DNA of 61,363 nucleotides from Escherichia coli (GCF_003334785.1 NZ_QOWV01000020.1), one strand, 5' to 3'; counted from the stretch's first letter, positions 10,939 to 22,527 are shown. Numbers and translations: made by a program. Notes: generated by a model from the letters alone, not told the origin.

Positions 10939-11889
10939 GTGAATTTCCAACAACTAAAGATAATCCGCGAGGCTGCACGTCAGGATTACAACCTGACAGA
11001 GGTTGCGAATATGCTTTTTACCTCACAGTCCGGCGTCAGCCGTCATATTCGGGAACTGGAGGATGAACTTGGCATCGAAATATTTGTTCGACGAGGTAAG
11101 CGACTGCTGGGCATGACTGAACCGGGCAAAGCATTACTGGTCATTGCAGAACGTATTCTGAATGAAGCCAGTAATGTTCGTCGGCTTGCAGACCTGTTTA
11201 CCAACGATACGTCTGGCGTTCTCACTATTGCAACGACGCATACTCAGGCACGTTATAGTTTGCCAGAGGTCATTAAATCTTTTCGCGAACTTTTCCCGGA
11301 GGTTCGGCTCGAGCTAATCCAGGGGACGCCACAGGAAATTGCGACGTTGTTGCATAATGGTGAAGCTGATATTGGTATCGCCAGCGAGCGTTTGAGTAAT
11401 GACCCGCAGCTCGTCGCCTTCCCGTGGTTTCGTTGGCACCATAGTTTGCTTGTTCCACTCGATCATCCCTTGACGCAAATTACACCATTGACGCTGGAAT
11501 CAATAGCGAAGTGGCCGTTAATCACTTACCGACAGGGGATTACGGGGCGCTCACGTATTGATGACGCATTTGCCCGCAAAGGTTTGCTGGCAGATATTGT
11601 ATTAAGTGCGCAGGATTCTGATGTCATTAAAACCTATGTTGCTCTTGGGCTTGGGATCGGAATAGTTGCCGAACAATCCAGCGGTGAACAAGAGGAAAAG
11701 AATTTAATCCGCCTGGATACGCGGCATCTTTTTGATGCTAATACTGTCTGGTTGGGACTGAAGCGAGGACAACTTCAGCGTAACTATGTCTGGCGCTTTC
11801 TGGAACTTTGTAATGCAGGGCTTTCAGTTGAGGATATCAAGCGGCAGGTGATGGAAAACAGTGAAGAGGAAATTGATTATCAGATATAG
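10939..11889 (+). CDS. cbl: LysR-family regulator of sulfonate-sulfur utilisation
   Basis: 316 aa, MNFQQLKIIREAARQDYNLTEVANMLFTSQSGVSRHIRELE... (CysB-like), adjacent to nac. Confidence 0.88.
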   Translation: MNFQQLKIIREAARQDYNLTEVANMLFTSQSGVSRHIRELEDELGIEIFVRRGKRLLGMTEPGKALLVIAERILNEASNVRRLADLFTNDTSGVLTIATTHTQARYSLPEVIKSFRELFPEVRLELIQGTPQEIATLLHNGEADIGIASERLSNDPQLVAFPWFRWHHSLLVPLDHPLTQITPLTLESIAKWPLITYRQGITGRSRIDDAFARKGLLADIVLSAQDSDVIKTYVALGLGIGIVAEQSSGEQEEKNLIRLDTRHLFDANTVWLGLKRGQLQRNYVWRFLELCNAGLSVEDIKRQVMENSEEEIDYQI

Positions 11890-11892
11890 CAA

Positions 11893-11918
11893 AAAGCCCG
11901 CTATAAAAGCGGGCTTTT
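11893..11918 (+). terminator. Rho-independent terminator downstream of cbl
   Basis: Hairpin AGCCCGC-TATAAA-GCGGGCT followed by a T-run. Confidence 0.6.
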
Positions 11919-11926
11919 CAGAAATT

Positions 11927-12002
11927 TGGCTCCTCTGACTGGACTCGAACCAGTGACATACGGATTAACAGTCCGCCGTTCTACCGACTGAACTACAGAG
12001 GA
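11927..12002 (-). tRNA. asnU: tRNA-Asn (GTT)
   Basis: Identical 76-nt tRNA-Asn sequence on the minus strand; copy name by synteny between cbl and yeeO. Confidence 0.95.
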
Positions 12003-12162
12003 ATCGCTGTTGAGGCACATCTTAACGGCGAAAAATCTTTTGTCAAACCCGATTTTTAATTTTCCCAACTGTTTGCCGTTTCTATCAACAGTTTGTTGCA
12101 TTTGCAGACAATTTGTTGGCGAAAATCTTTGCAGCTTTGCTGATTCTCCCTCATTATTTGAA

Positions 12163-13650
12163 ATGTGGTTTCACTTTCTGCAATTAAGGTCGGCTTTGAA
12201 TATCTCCTCTGCTTTACGCCAGGTTGTTCACGGCACTCGCTGGCACGCTAAACGCAAGAGCTACAAAGTGTTGTTCTGGCGCGAGATAACCCCGCTTGCT
12301 GTTCCTATCTTCATGGAGAATGCCTGTGTCCTGTTGATGGGGGTTCTGAGCACTTTTCTGGTCAGCTGGCTGGGAAAAGATGCGATGGCCGGCGTGGGAT
12401 TGGCGGACAGCTTCAATATGGTCATTATGGCTTTTTTTGCTGCTATCGATCTTGGTACTACTGTCGTTGTGGCATTTAGTCTCGGTAAGCGGGATCGACG
12501 ACGAGCGAGGGTGGCGACGCGGCAGTCATTGGTGATCATGACGTTGTTTGCCGTACTGTTGGCAACGCTTATTCATCATTTTGGCGAGCAAATTATTGAT
12601 TTCGTCGCGGGTGATGCCACGACAGAAGTTAAAGCACTGGCGTTGACTTATCTGGAGCTGACGGTACTCAGTTATCCAGCAGCTGCCATCACTTTGATTG
12701 GTAGCGGGGCACTTCGTGGTGCAGGGAATACGAAAATACCGCTACTGATTAACGGTAGCCTGAATATTCTTAATATTATTATTAGCGGCATATTGATTTA
12801 CGGCCTTTTCTCCTGGCCGGGACTGGGATTTGTCGGGGCTGGGTTGGGGTTAACCATTTCTCGTTATATTGGCGCAGTGGCAATTTTGTGGGTGCTGGCG
12901 ATTGGTTTTAATCCTGCGCTAAGGATTTCGTTAAAGAGCTATTTTAAACCGCTGAATTTTAGCATTATCTGGGAAGTCATGGGGATTGGTATTCCCGCGA
13001 GTGTCGAATCAGTGTTATTTACCAGTGGTCGGTTATTAACCCAAATGTTCGTTGCCGGGATGGGGACCAGTGTTATTGCCGGAAATTTTATCGCGTTTTC
13101 AATTGCGGCTCTTATCAACTTACCCGGAAGTGCGCTCGGCTCTGCTTCTACGATCATTACAGGCCGAAGGTTGGGTGTAGGACAGATAGCGCAAGCAGAG
13201 ATTCAGTTGCGGCATGTGTTCTGGCTTTCCACTCTTGGATTAACGGCCATCGCCTGGCTAACGGCTCCCTTTGCCGGGGTTATGGCATCGTTTTACACCC
13301 AGGACCCACAGGTTAAACATGTCGTTGTGATTCTGATTTGGCTAAATGCTTTATTTATGCCTATTTGGTCTGCCTCATGGGTGCTACCCGCTGGATTTAA
13401 GGGTGCTCGCGATGCACGTTACGCCATGTGGGTTTCTATGTTGAGCATGTGGGGTTGCCGGGTTGTAGTCGGTTATGTGCTGGGAATCATGCTTGGCTGG
13501 GGTGTGGTTGGTGTCTGGATGGGAATGTTTGCCGACTGGGCTGTGCGGGCCGTGCTGTTTTACTGGCGAATGGTTACTGGACGTTGGCTGTGGAAATATC
13601 CTCGACCTGAGCCGCAAAAGTGTGAAAAAAAGCCAGTTGTGTCGGAATAA
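12163..13650 (+). CDS. yeeO: MATE-family multidrug/flavin efflux transporter
   Basis: Polytopic membrane protein. The ORF track start at 12010 abuts the tRNA, so I use the internal ATG at 12163 (MWFHFLQL..., about 495 aa). Confidence 0.8.
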   Translation: MWFHFLQLRSALNISSALRQVVHGTRWHAKRKSYKVLFWREITPLAVPIFMENACVLLMGVLSTFLVSWLGKDAMAGVGLADSFNMVIMAFFAAIDLGTTVVVAFSLGKRDRRRARVATRQSLVIMTLFAVLLATLIHHFGEQIIDFVAGDATTEVKALALTYLELTVLSYPAAAITLIGSGALRGAGNTKIPLLINGSLNILNIIISGILIYGLFSWPGLGFVGAGLGLTISRYIGAVAILWVLAIGFNPALRISLKSYFKPLNFSIIWEVMGIGIPASVESVLFTSGRLLTQMFVAGMGTSVIAGNFIAFSIAALINLPGSALGSASTIITGRRLGVGQIAQAEIQLRHVFWLSTLGLTAIAWLTAPFAGVMASFYTQDPQVKHVVVILIWLNALFMPIWSASWVLPAGFKGARDARYAMWVSMLSMWGCRVVVGYVLGIMLGWGVVGVWMGMFADWAVRAVLFYWRMVTGRWLWKYPRPEPQKCEKKPVVSE

Positions 13651-13750
13651 ACGACAAAGTGCAGATTATTTCAGCAAACGATTTCAAATTTAAAAAACAG
13701 GCTTTGACATTGTGGATGAGCGTCGCTAATATTCGCCTCGTTCTCACGAT

Positions 13751-13826
13751 TCCTCTGTAGTTCAGTCGGTAGAACGGCGGACTGTTAATCCGTATGTCAC
13801 TGGTTCGAGTCCAGTCAGAGGAGCCA
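13751..13826 (+). tRNA. asnW: tRNA-Asn (GTT)
   Basis: Same 76-nt tRNA-Asn sequence on the plus strand, opposite in orientation to the other three copies; followed by a hairpin and T-run at about 13889..13927. Confidence 0.95.
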
Positions 13827-14282
13827 AATTTTAGTTTTGAGATATCTCTATAAGTCTCAAAACAGTTAAAAAATAAAAATTATTTTTACCCGGCCGCTTT
13901 GTAAAAAAAGTGGCCGGGTTTTTTGATTTCTGTGTTTCGTGCGCTTAATCGAGTCTCACGCTTCAGTGAGCAAATTGCCCCTCCCCAACAGACATCACGA
14001 TTCACAGGGTCAAAAATTCTGTTCCATGAAGTACCGTACAAAGATAAAGAGAAAAATGCCTTATGCGGGATGTAGCTGTCGCGTCTTTATCGGGAAACTA
14101 TACGTAATTGCCACTTTGTCTTCGGTAATCAGAAAAAGAAGACCTGCCATTTTAATAAATATTATTTCTCTGGGAACGGGGATTTTTTATAAGCAATATG
14201 ACGAGTTAAACATTATATTTTTTATAAGAATTATATGAGATTAAAGAAATCTGCCATAAAGACAGATTTCTTTAAAATATCA

Positions 14283-14999
14283 TTAGAGATTTGCGACGTT
14301 ATGATAAACTTTTTGTACATCGTCGTCATCTTCAAGGGCATCAACAAGCCCTTCAAAGATTTCTAAATCTTCTGGGGAAAGCTCAACTTCAGATTGAGCA
14401 ATCATTTCTAATTCTGTTGTTGAGAACTCAGTGATTCCAGCTGCTTTTAGCGCCGCGATTCCTTTATGAAGGTCAGTAGGTTCAGTATAAATAACAATAT
14501 TACCTTCTTCTTCAGTTACATCACGAACATCAACTTCAGCTTCAAGCAAAATTTCAAAAATATGGTCAGGGTCTGTTCCTTTAAATACAATCACACCCGT
14601 ATTGTCAAACATATAGCTGACAGAACCTGCCGCTCCGATATTGCCGCCTTTTTTATTGAAAATTGTGCGAACGTTAGCAATCGTACGGTTAACATTTGAA
14701 GTCAATGTCTCAGCAATAATCATTGAGCCATTAGGACCAAAGCCTTCATAACGTCCCTGTACGAACGTTTCATCTCCGCCGCCTTTGGCTTTATCAATTG
14801 CTTTATCAATAACGTGCTTTGGAACTTGTGCCTGCTTTGCACGTTCAATAACGAATTTTAAAGATGTGTTTAATTCTGGATCGGGTTCACCTTGTTTGGC
14901 AGCAGCATAGATTTCTACACCGAATTTTGCATAAATTTTAGACGTTGCACCGTCTTTAGCCGTTTTTTTAGCAACAATATTGGCCCATTTACGTCCCAC
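14283..14999 (-). CDS. yeeN: YebC/PmpR-family transcriptional regulator
   Basis: 238 aa, [44 protein letters not shown]... (YebC family). Confidence 0.88.
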
Positions 15000-15341
15000 T
15001 GGAATGATCTCCTCGAAAATTTATTTACATTACTGGTAAATCGTTAACATGTGTTAATTCAGCATATTATATCATAACAGGAAAAATCTCGTCTATTAGA
15101 AATAAAAATATTCTAAAGCCATAATCTAATATTTAATTTTATAAAAACTAATGTTGTTGGCGGGATTTTTTATAATTGTGTTTTGAAAGCATACTTGCTT
15201 TTAATATGTGGAAATCATTAAGACGATAATAAAACTCGCATCTGCCCAAGGAAGCAAACAGCCCGCGTTTATTGCAGGCTATTTGCCAGATGTCTTACTT
15301 AATCCTTCACATCTATTTCTGATAAGAAGGTTCATAACTTA

Positions 15342-16796
15342 TTATCGGAACGGCGGCTCATTAAAGGTTCGTAATTTACGTGAATGCAGTCGGTCGCCTT
15401 CTGCGCGCAGCAAATCGATCGCCCGAATGCCAATTTGCAGGTGTTCGGAAATAGCGCCTTCATAAAAACGGTTAGCCTGGCCGGGAAGCTTAATCTCACC
15501 ATGTAACGGTTTATCTGAAACACACAGTAGTGTCCCGTATGGCACGCGGAAACGATATCCTTGCGCGGCAATGGTTGCACTTTCCATATCAATTGCTACG
15601 GCCCGGCTTAAGTTAAAACGAAGTGCAGAAGCTGAGTAACGTAACTCCCAGTTCCTGTCATCTGTGGTTACCACCGTGCCAGTACGTAACCGCTGTTTGA
15701 CTTCTTCACCAGGCCTGCCGCTGACTAACTTGGTAGCGTCATAAAGCGCACGTTGCACTTCAGCAATGCTCGGAATAGGAATATCGGGCGGCAGAACCGC
15801 ATCAAGAACGTGGTCATCGCGTAAATAAGCGTGTGCAAGGACATAATCTCCAATGGCCTGGCTTTCACGTAATCCGCCACAGTGACCAATCATCAACCAG
15901 ACATCCGGGCGTAGCACTGCCAGATGATCGCAGATGGTTTTAGCATTGGACGGTCCCACGCCAATATTCACCAGAGTAATACCCTGACCATCAGCGGTAA
16001 TTAAATGCCATGCTGGCATCTGGTGTTTTTTCCATGCAAGGTCGGAAATGGCTTCTTCTGGCGCTTCGGTTTCGGCAGTGATCCAGTTCCCGCCAGCACA
16101 AGAAAGGGCAATGTAGGGACTATCAGGATCGAGGATCTGGCTGCATCCCCAACGAACGAACTCATCCACATAACGTGTGTAGTTGGTAAACAAGACGAAC
16201 GGCTGAAAATGTTCAACTGGCGTACCGGTATAATGGCGCAACCGCGCGAGGGAAAAATCGACGCGGCGCGCATCAAAATGCGATAGCGGGGAGAATTCCG
16301 TTGGATGATAAATGCCGTCTGCAGTTTCATCGCCGATTTGCGCCAGTTCTGTTGTCGGGAAGTAGCGAGTTAAACCAGCGCTCATTGAGCGATCAAGTGT
16401 CAATTCAGAGCCATCGATGACATAAGGATAAGGGATTTCATGCTGCGAGGGTTGCACAGAGATATGCGCACCATAATCCTGATACAGCAACGTAAGTTGT
16501 TCATTGAGATACGAACGAAAGAGAGTAGGGCGAGTAATCGTGGTGGTGTAGCTGCCTGCGTGAGTAAAACGACCAAATGCGCGCGTTTTGGGGGGATTAG
16601 TTGTGCTACCGTCCCAGGTTACGGTCAGTGATGGATAGACAAAAAGACCTTGTTTGCGGGCGTTTTCATCAGGTAATTCGCCACTTGTAATATATTTGCC
16701 AATGGCGTTGCGTAAAGCAACTACAGATTGCTCATACAGCGCGTCGAGTTTATCCAGTGCCTGAGCTGGGGTCAGACCGGAGCCCTTATTATTCAT
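15342..16796 (-). CDS. amn: AMP nucleosidase
   Basis: Start placed at ATG 16796 (MNNKGSGLTPAQALDKLDALYEQ...), giving 484 aa; the ORF track extends it to 16952. Confidence 0.88.
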   Translation of the reverse strand: MNNKGSGLTPAQALDKLDALYEQSVVALRNAIGKYITSGELPDENARKQGLFVYPSLTVTWDGSTTNPPKTRAFGRFTHAGSYTTTITRPTLFRSYLNEQLTLLYQDYGAHISVQPSQHEIPYPYVIDGSELTLDRSMSAGLTRYFPTTELAQIGDETADGIYHPTEFSPLSHFDARRVDFSLARLRHYTGTPVEHFQPFVLFTNYTRYVDEFVRWGCSQILDPDSPYIALSCAGGNWITAETEAPEEAISDLAWKKHQMPAWHLITADGQGITLVNIGVGPSNAKTICDHLAVLRPDVWLMIGHCGGLRESQAIGDYVLAHAYLRDDHVLDAVLPPDIPIPSIAEVQRALYDATKLVSGRPGEEVKQRLRTGTVVTTDDRNWELRYSASALRFNLSRAVAIDMESATIAAQGYRFRVPYGTLLCVSDKPLHGEIKLPGQANRFYEGAISEHLQIGIRAIDLLRAEGDRLHSRKLRTFNEPPFR

Positions 16797-16897
16797 GTGT
16801 GTCTCCTGTTCCATACAATTACCGCACATCCGATAGTATGTCACAGGAATGTGAAACAAAAGTATAAGGCGAAGATCGGATGATCTTCGCCAGGCTA

Positions 16898-18214
16898 TCA
16901 CGAGCGTTGATTGTCTTTCATCAATAAAGCGGTCATTGCAGAAATCAGGCATCCAGCCAGCAAATAAATGGCAACGCTATGCCAGTTCCCGGCAAAGTAA
17001 GTGATGAGTGCAGCGGCAATAAAAGGTGTAAATCCACCGCCAACCACACTGGCAACCTGATAACCGACTCCAGCACCACTGTAGCGATAACTGGCACCAA
17101 ACATTTCGGTAAACATCGGTTGTTGCACACACACCACCATGTCATGCGCAATGTTTGCCAGCATGATGGAGAAGAAAACTATCCAGAAAATGGATTGTGC
17201 TTCAAGCGCCATAAAGAAAGGAAATGCGCTCAACGTTCCGATTAACGCGCCTGTGATATAAACCCTGCGCCGACCAAAACGATCGGCAAGCCAGGCAAAA
17301 CAGGGAATTGTCAGGCAGCTTAATCCACCTACCAGCAAACCAATATTAAGGAAAAGTTCGCGCGGTAACCCCATATTCTGGGTTGAATAATTAAGTGCAA
17401 AGGCAGTAACAATGTACATCGTCAGCAACTCGCACAGTCGTAGTGCAATAATCTTCAGGAAAGCACCGGGATGTCGTAACAGAGCTTCGATAACCGGGAT
17501 GCGTTTTTTCGCGGCCGCTTGATTATGTTGCTGTTGTTCAAATTCCGCGGACTCCTCCATGCCATTGCGCACCCACAATGCTCCCAGTACCAGTACGATG
17601 CTAAACAGGAAAGGAATGCGCCAGCCCCAGCTTAAAAACTGTTCGTCAGTCGTCATCATACTGATCAATGAAACCAGTCCGGTTGAAAGCAGTAAACCTA
17701 CTCCGTAGCCAACTTGTACACCGCTACTGTAAAAGGCTTTTTTATTTTTCGGCGCACTTTCAACGGAAAGCAACGCTGCGCCTCCCCATTCGCCGCCGAC
17801 GGCAAATCCCTGAATGGCACGCAGTGTCACCAGCAAAATAGGTGCCCACCACCCAATGGTCGAGAATGAAGGAAGAATACCAATCAAGGCTGTCGCGATG
17901 CCCATCATCCAGACGGTCAGCATTAACATGCGCTTACGTCCCAGCCGGTCACCAAAGTGACCGAAAATGACACCGCCGAGCGGTCGGAAAAGGAAGCCGA
18001 CACCAAAGGTGGCAAATGCGGCGAGCGTTCCCATCGCCGGGCTTACTTGCGGGAAAAACTCGCGATTAAACACCAGTGCGGCGGTAATGCCATAGAGTAA
18101 AAAATCATACCAGTCGACGACGGCACCAGCGAAACTGCCTAACGCAGCTCGTCGGGCGCGACTTAACGAAAGCGTCCCTTCATCGGGACGAGTGGAGATG
18201 AGCGTGGAGTCCAT
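16898..18214 (-). CDS. shiA: MFS shikimate/dehydroshikimate transporter
   Basis: 438-aa 12-TM MFS protein, MDSTLISTRPDEGTLSLSRARRAALGSFAGAVVDWYDFLLYG... Confidence 0.88.
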   Translation of the reverse strand: MDSTLISTRPDEGTLSLSRARRAALGSFAGAVVDWYDFLLYGITAALVFNREFFPQVSPAMGTLAAFATFGVGFLFRPLGGVIFGHFGDRLGRKRMLMLTVWMMGIATALIGILPSFSTIGWWAPILLVTLRAIQGFAVGGEWGGAALLSVESAPKNKKAFYSSGVQVGYGVGLLLSTGLVSLISMMTTDEQFLSWGWRIPFLFSIVLVLGALWVRNGMEESAEFEQQQHNQAAAKKRIPVIEALLRHPGAFLKIIALRLCELLTMYIVTAFALNYSTQNMGLPRELFLNIGLLVGGLSCLTIPCFAWLADRFGRRRVYITGALIGTLSAFPFFMALEAQSIFWIVFFSIMLANIAHDMVVCVQQPMFTEMFGASYRYSGAGVGYQVASVVGGGFTPFIAAALITYFAGNWHSVAIYLLAGCLISAMTALLMKDNQRS

Positions 18215-18528
18215 AATGATCCTGTTTGTACTGTCTTTTTATAATTAGTATGGAAAAGGTAACTCACATTGCCGTCGATCTATAAACGAACCTTATGAGA
18301 CTACCTCGACAGAGCGCATCTGCAAATGATTTTATGGCTGATTAGCGGCAACATGAAAAATTCGATGGAAGATGAAAGCGCAGGAGTTGCTGGTGTTGTT
18401 TAAGGATTAAGCAGAGGGCCCACAGGTTCGAGATATGAAACATAAAAGTCCGCATATGCACAAAATTGTACCCTGATGATTCTGATAGACTGCATTGCAT
18501 TATAACCAGTAGGGAGGCGAGGTTAGTT

Positions 18529-19581
18529 ATGTTTTTAGTATCATTGTTGAGACATATTGCATTTAGTTACTACGATTATAAAGCTTATAATTTTAATATT
18601 GAAAAAACAGACTTTGTTGTCATACATATTCCCGATCAGATTGGCGATGCTATGGCCATCTTTCCTGTTATTCGGGCGCTTGAATTGCATAAAATTAAGC
18701 ATCTATTAATTGTTACGTCGACAATTAATTTAGAAGTCTTTAATGCGCTCAAACTTGAACAGACTAAATTAACATTAGTCACAATGACTATGCAGGATCA
18801 CGCAACATTAAAAGAAATAAAATATTTAGCGAAGAACATAACACTGCAATACGGTACGCCGGATCTTTGTATAGAGGCGATGCGTAAAAAGAACCTGAAA
18901 ACGATGATATTTATCAGTCAGTTGAAAGCAAAAACGAATTTCCAGGTCGTCGGTTTAACCATGAAGTGCTATTCCCCTTTGTGTAAGAACGCGTCCCGTA
19001 TGGATCAGAATCTCCGGGCTCCTGTACCCATGACATGGGCATTTATGATGCGTGAGGCGGGTTTTCCGGCAGTCAGGTCAATATATGAATTGCCATTAAG
19101 CGATGATGTACTCGATGAGGTACGCGAGGAAATGCGATCGTTAGGATCTTACATTGCGCTCAATTTAGAAGGTAGCTCGCAGGAACGTATATTTTCATTT
19201 TCGATTGCAGAAAATATAATAGCAAAAATTCAAAGTGAAACAGATATTCCAATAGTGATCGTTTATGGACCCAAAGGGGAAGATAAAGCCAGGGCATTAG
19301 TGGATTGTTATAATAATGTCTACCGTTTATCCTTATCACCCTCTATTAAACATTCAGCAGCAATCATAAAAGATGCTTATATTGCAATAACTCCTGACAC
19401 CTCAATATTACATATGGCAAGTGCCTATAATACCCCTGTTGTTGCAATTTATGCTGATTACAAAACGCGATGGCCCGCAATGGCCGATGTTTTGGAGTCA
19501 GTCATCGTTGGGCAAAAAATTGACAATATAAGTCTGGATGAATTCGCAAAGGCATTAAAAAGTGTTTTGGCGAGAATTTGA
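18529..19581 (+). CDS. yeeL: Putative glycosyltransferase family 9 (heptosyltransferase-like) protein
   Basis: Intact ORF. Start taken at ATG 18529, preceded by GGGAGG at 18512-18517; the ORF track starts at 18466. GDAMAIFPVIRAL resembles the N-terminal motif of ADP-heptose:LPS heptosyltransferases. Position between shiA and yeeJ matches yeeL. Confidence 0.65.
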   Translation: MFLVSLLRHIAFSYYDYKAYNFNIEKTDFVVIHIPDQIGDAMAIFPVIRALELHKIKHLLIVTSTINLEVFNALKLEQTKLTLVTMTMQDHATLKEIKYLAKNITLQYGTPDLCIEAMRKKNLKTMIFISQLKAKTNFQVVGLTMKCYSPLCKNASRMDQNLRAPVPMTWAFMMREAGFPAVRSIYELPLSDDVLDEVREEMRSLGSYIALNLEGSSQERIFSFSIAENIIAKIQSETDIPIVIVYGPKGEDKARALVDCYNNVYRLSLSPSIKHSAAIIKDAYIAITPDTSILHMASAYNTPVVAIYADYKTRWPAMADVLESVIVGQKIDNISLDEFAKALKSVLARI

Positions 19582-19836
19582 GGCAGTACTTATGCATAGT
19601 AATGCCGATCTGTTATGAACGGTGGTGTCATCAATACTCTGAGGCTGGTCAATCATCACAGAAAACCAGCCTTTGGATCAAAGCAATACTCACCGAAAAT
19701 GATCATAGTCACACCGAACGCGATTCATGCGGAACTGTTTGGTAAATAGCACCACCGGATCTTGGGGGCGCTGTGATTATTACAGTATTGCTATCACCGT
19801 CATTTTTGAATGTCACTTTACCAGTAGCATCAACGC

Positions 19837-22527
19837 CTACCCAAGAGGCCGAGTTTGAAACGAATAATCAGCCGCCGTTTTTCCTGGTGCAAAGTTGTCA
19901 TTATTCAACTGATAATACGCCCCGGTAAATCCCTGCGAAGGGAATGAAGCTGTCGGTAGGTTTGCACCATTCACTGACACTGTACCGGTCATTGGTCTGG
20001 TTTCCGCGCTAATGAATTCTATCGTGGTACTCAGGCCCGCCTGATGAACACCATTCAATACGGGGATCAGCGTTGCGATACCCTCTCCGCCTCCTGTAAC
20101 AGTAGCTTTGTAATCACCGTTGATATTTTGAGTGTAATCAATTGCGCTAATTTTCATATAGGGCACGTTTGTACCTGATTGCACAAATTCCATCCCTTCA
20201 GAAACTTTGATCGGATTGCCTGATATATCGTGCAGAACAAGATGTAGCTCAGCACTATCGGTAAAGTCCCCTTTCAGTGATGACTGGTTGTTCTTAAGGA
20301 TGGACTGCGAGGCGTCTGCTGGGCCTGCCACTAGCGATATATCTACTGTTTGCATTCCACCTGCGCTTGTGACTGTGCTTACAGTGACGCTCCCCGTTAT
20401 CGCTCCTTTCACGCTTGTTGTCGCGATTCCGTTTTGATCGGTCACAGCTGTTAATGACGTTAATGTGGTGGAGCCGTTTTTTAAGGCGAAGTACACAGTG
20501 AGACCTTCGATCAGGTTACCACTGCCATCCTCAACCGTTGCCTTTAAGGTACTTAAATCACTGTTGGTGGCGGCGATAGTCGACGGTTCAGCGATAAAGC
20601 TAGCAACATGTGCGGTGCTTGGGTTGCCAGTAACCTTCACGGTTGTCTGTGTCTGTATTGTGACGCCGTTATGGAACGATGCAGTCACCGTATATGTACC
20701 GACTTTATTGCTGGTCAGAACGACTGGAGCCTGACCTGAAGAGTTGGTTCTCACTTTTCCGCCACTTAACGTCGCACCTTCTAGCGTTACGCTAAAGTTG
20801 ATGACCTGACCCTCCACTGGAGTGCCATTTGCAGAGGTTAGCATTGCCGTCAGAGTAGCGCCTTTAGGAGCATTGACACCGATAAGCGGACTGGACGTGA
20901 GTGTCAGTTTTTCATCAATAGCCTCCAGTTGTTTCTCAAGTGAAGCTCCATTCGCTAGGGATGCTTTTACAGTATACGAGCCGTTTCTTTCAGGCGTCAT
21001 GGTGACCTCGGCTACTCCCTGCGTATTAGTAGAGACCGTATTCTGGCTGATGATCATTTGCGAGGATGGCGCTGCACTGAATGTCGCGGGTTGATGCGTC
21101 ACCGGGTTGCCAAACTGGTCGTTAACGTGAGCTTTAACTGCTATGTCTTGTGCGACCATGACCTGACCTTCAGGTATCTCCTGACTGGTAATCGTCGCAG
21201 AATTAACATCTACCTTGGCATTCAGTAATCGCGAGATGACTTCAGTAGGTTTATCTGCCAGAGAGGCTGAAACTGTTTTTAGTCCGACCTCGGTGCTTGT
21301 CACAAGAATTTCAGCGAAAACCTGATCATCCGTTTCAACGCTGGTGCTGCTTAGCGTGACGGAGGTTCCACGGAAATTAACTTTTATACCTTCTACTGGG
21401 TTGCCGTTTCCATCAGTCACTGTTGCCTGTAGCCTGGTCATTCCAATGTTATTGGCGATGAAATTGTCCTCGGTAACGTTAAGATTAACCTGCGCAGTGA
21501 GCGTATCCGCAGTAAAGTTCACCACCAACTGCTCACTCTTACCGCCAACCATCGATGCTGTCACGGTATGAGCGCCTGCTTTTGTACCTTTCAGCGTGAC
21601 TTTCGCTTTGCCATCGGCATCAGTAACCGCTTTGTCGCCATCGCTCAGCGTGAAGTTCGCCTTCACATCTTCCGGTAGAGTAAATGTTACCTCAGTGTTG
21701 GCTATCGCATTGCCCTCTGTATCAGCGACGGTGCTGTTAGTGTCGTGAGATCGTTATTGTCGGCAATCACCGGGTCCTTCGAGGCTGCCAGCGTGATTTC
21801 AGCATTCGTGACGTTCGGCACATAGTTCACTGTTTGTTGCATCGAATCGCCATTTTCGAGGGTTGCCGTCACGGGAGTTCTTCAGGCTGAAATCTTCATC
21901 CACGCCCAGCGTGATTCTTGCGGTACCGAAGCGGCTTAACCAGTCTGTCATTACCCCTGAAGCCTGAGAAGAGGCCCATCCACGTGCTATGTTTGCCGCT
22001 TGCTCGCTGTTCATATCTTCGGCGAGCAGAGATCCAATTAGCTGTGAAGTACTGGCTATCTGTTGCTCAAGGTTGCCACTGCTGTTACCCGGCGGCGGGG
22101 TTAAATTTTTTTCACTAACTTGTGCCGGGACATCCAGTTCATCACCCGGGCGGACATTACGAACAAACGTACGAAACTGGTTGAGTTTGCGTAACAGGGG
22201 GGTATCTATAATTTGTTGCACAGGACAAATATATCTAGCTTCTGTACAGAGTCTTAAATTTTGACCATAAATAAAACCGTCCCTGTCAAGCATGCATAGT
22301 TTATCAAGTAGGTCTCCCACAAACTGCCTGAATTTTATTTTTCCATTAAAAGTTTGTATCTTCTTAAGTATCACAGGAGACTGGAAATAGACCGATAGTA
22401 GGATGTTGCCACTCAAGGCATGACGATAAATATCGCTAGGAGTAATTTTTTGTTTTATGGCTTTGGTAGTGATCTCAACTGCTTCCGTTATAGTGACCCA
22501 TGTTGACATATAATGAGTTATAAGCAA
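19837..22527 (-). pseudogene. yeeJ: Inverse-autotransporter adhesin YeeJ remnant (internal deletion, frameshifts)
   Basis: ORF 21799..22527 ends with an N-terminal-like segment (...LRKLNQFRTF...GDELDVPAQVSEK...DWLSRFGTARITLGVDEDFSLKNS); ORF 19837..21666 consists of Big-type Ig-like repeats (TVTASxxxG, ATVTDGNGNP). The large beta-barrel region is missing between them. More out-of-frame C-terminal debris (...SASWVGVDATGKVTFKN...) lies at about 19640..19836. Confidence 0.7.

Noticed and set aside
12010-12162. N-terminal 51-codon extension of yeeO in the ORF track
   Set aside because: The extension begins 8 bp after tRNA-Asn and has no hydrophobic or MATE character; the internal ATG at 12163 gives the expected length of about 495 aa.
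13939-14238. 99-aa plus-strand ORF between tRNA-Asn and yeeN
   Set aside because: AT-rich intergenic region containing two terminator hairpins; low-complexity translation with no ribosome-binding site.
16797-16952. N-terminal 52-codon extension of amn in the ORF track
   Set aside because: The extended frame overlaps the shiA 3' end; the internal ATG at 16796 gives the expected 484-aa AMP nucleosidase.
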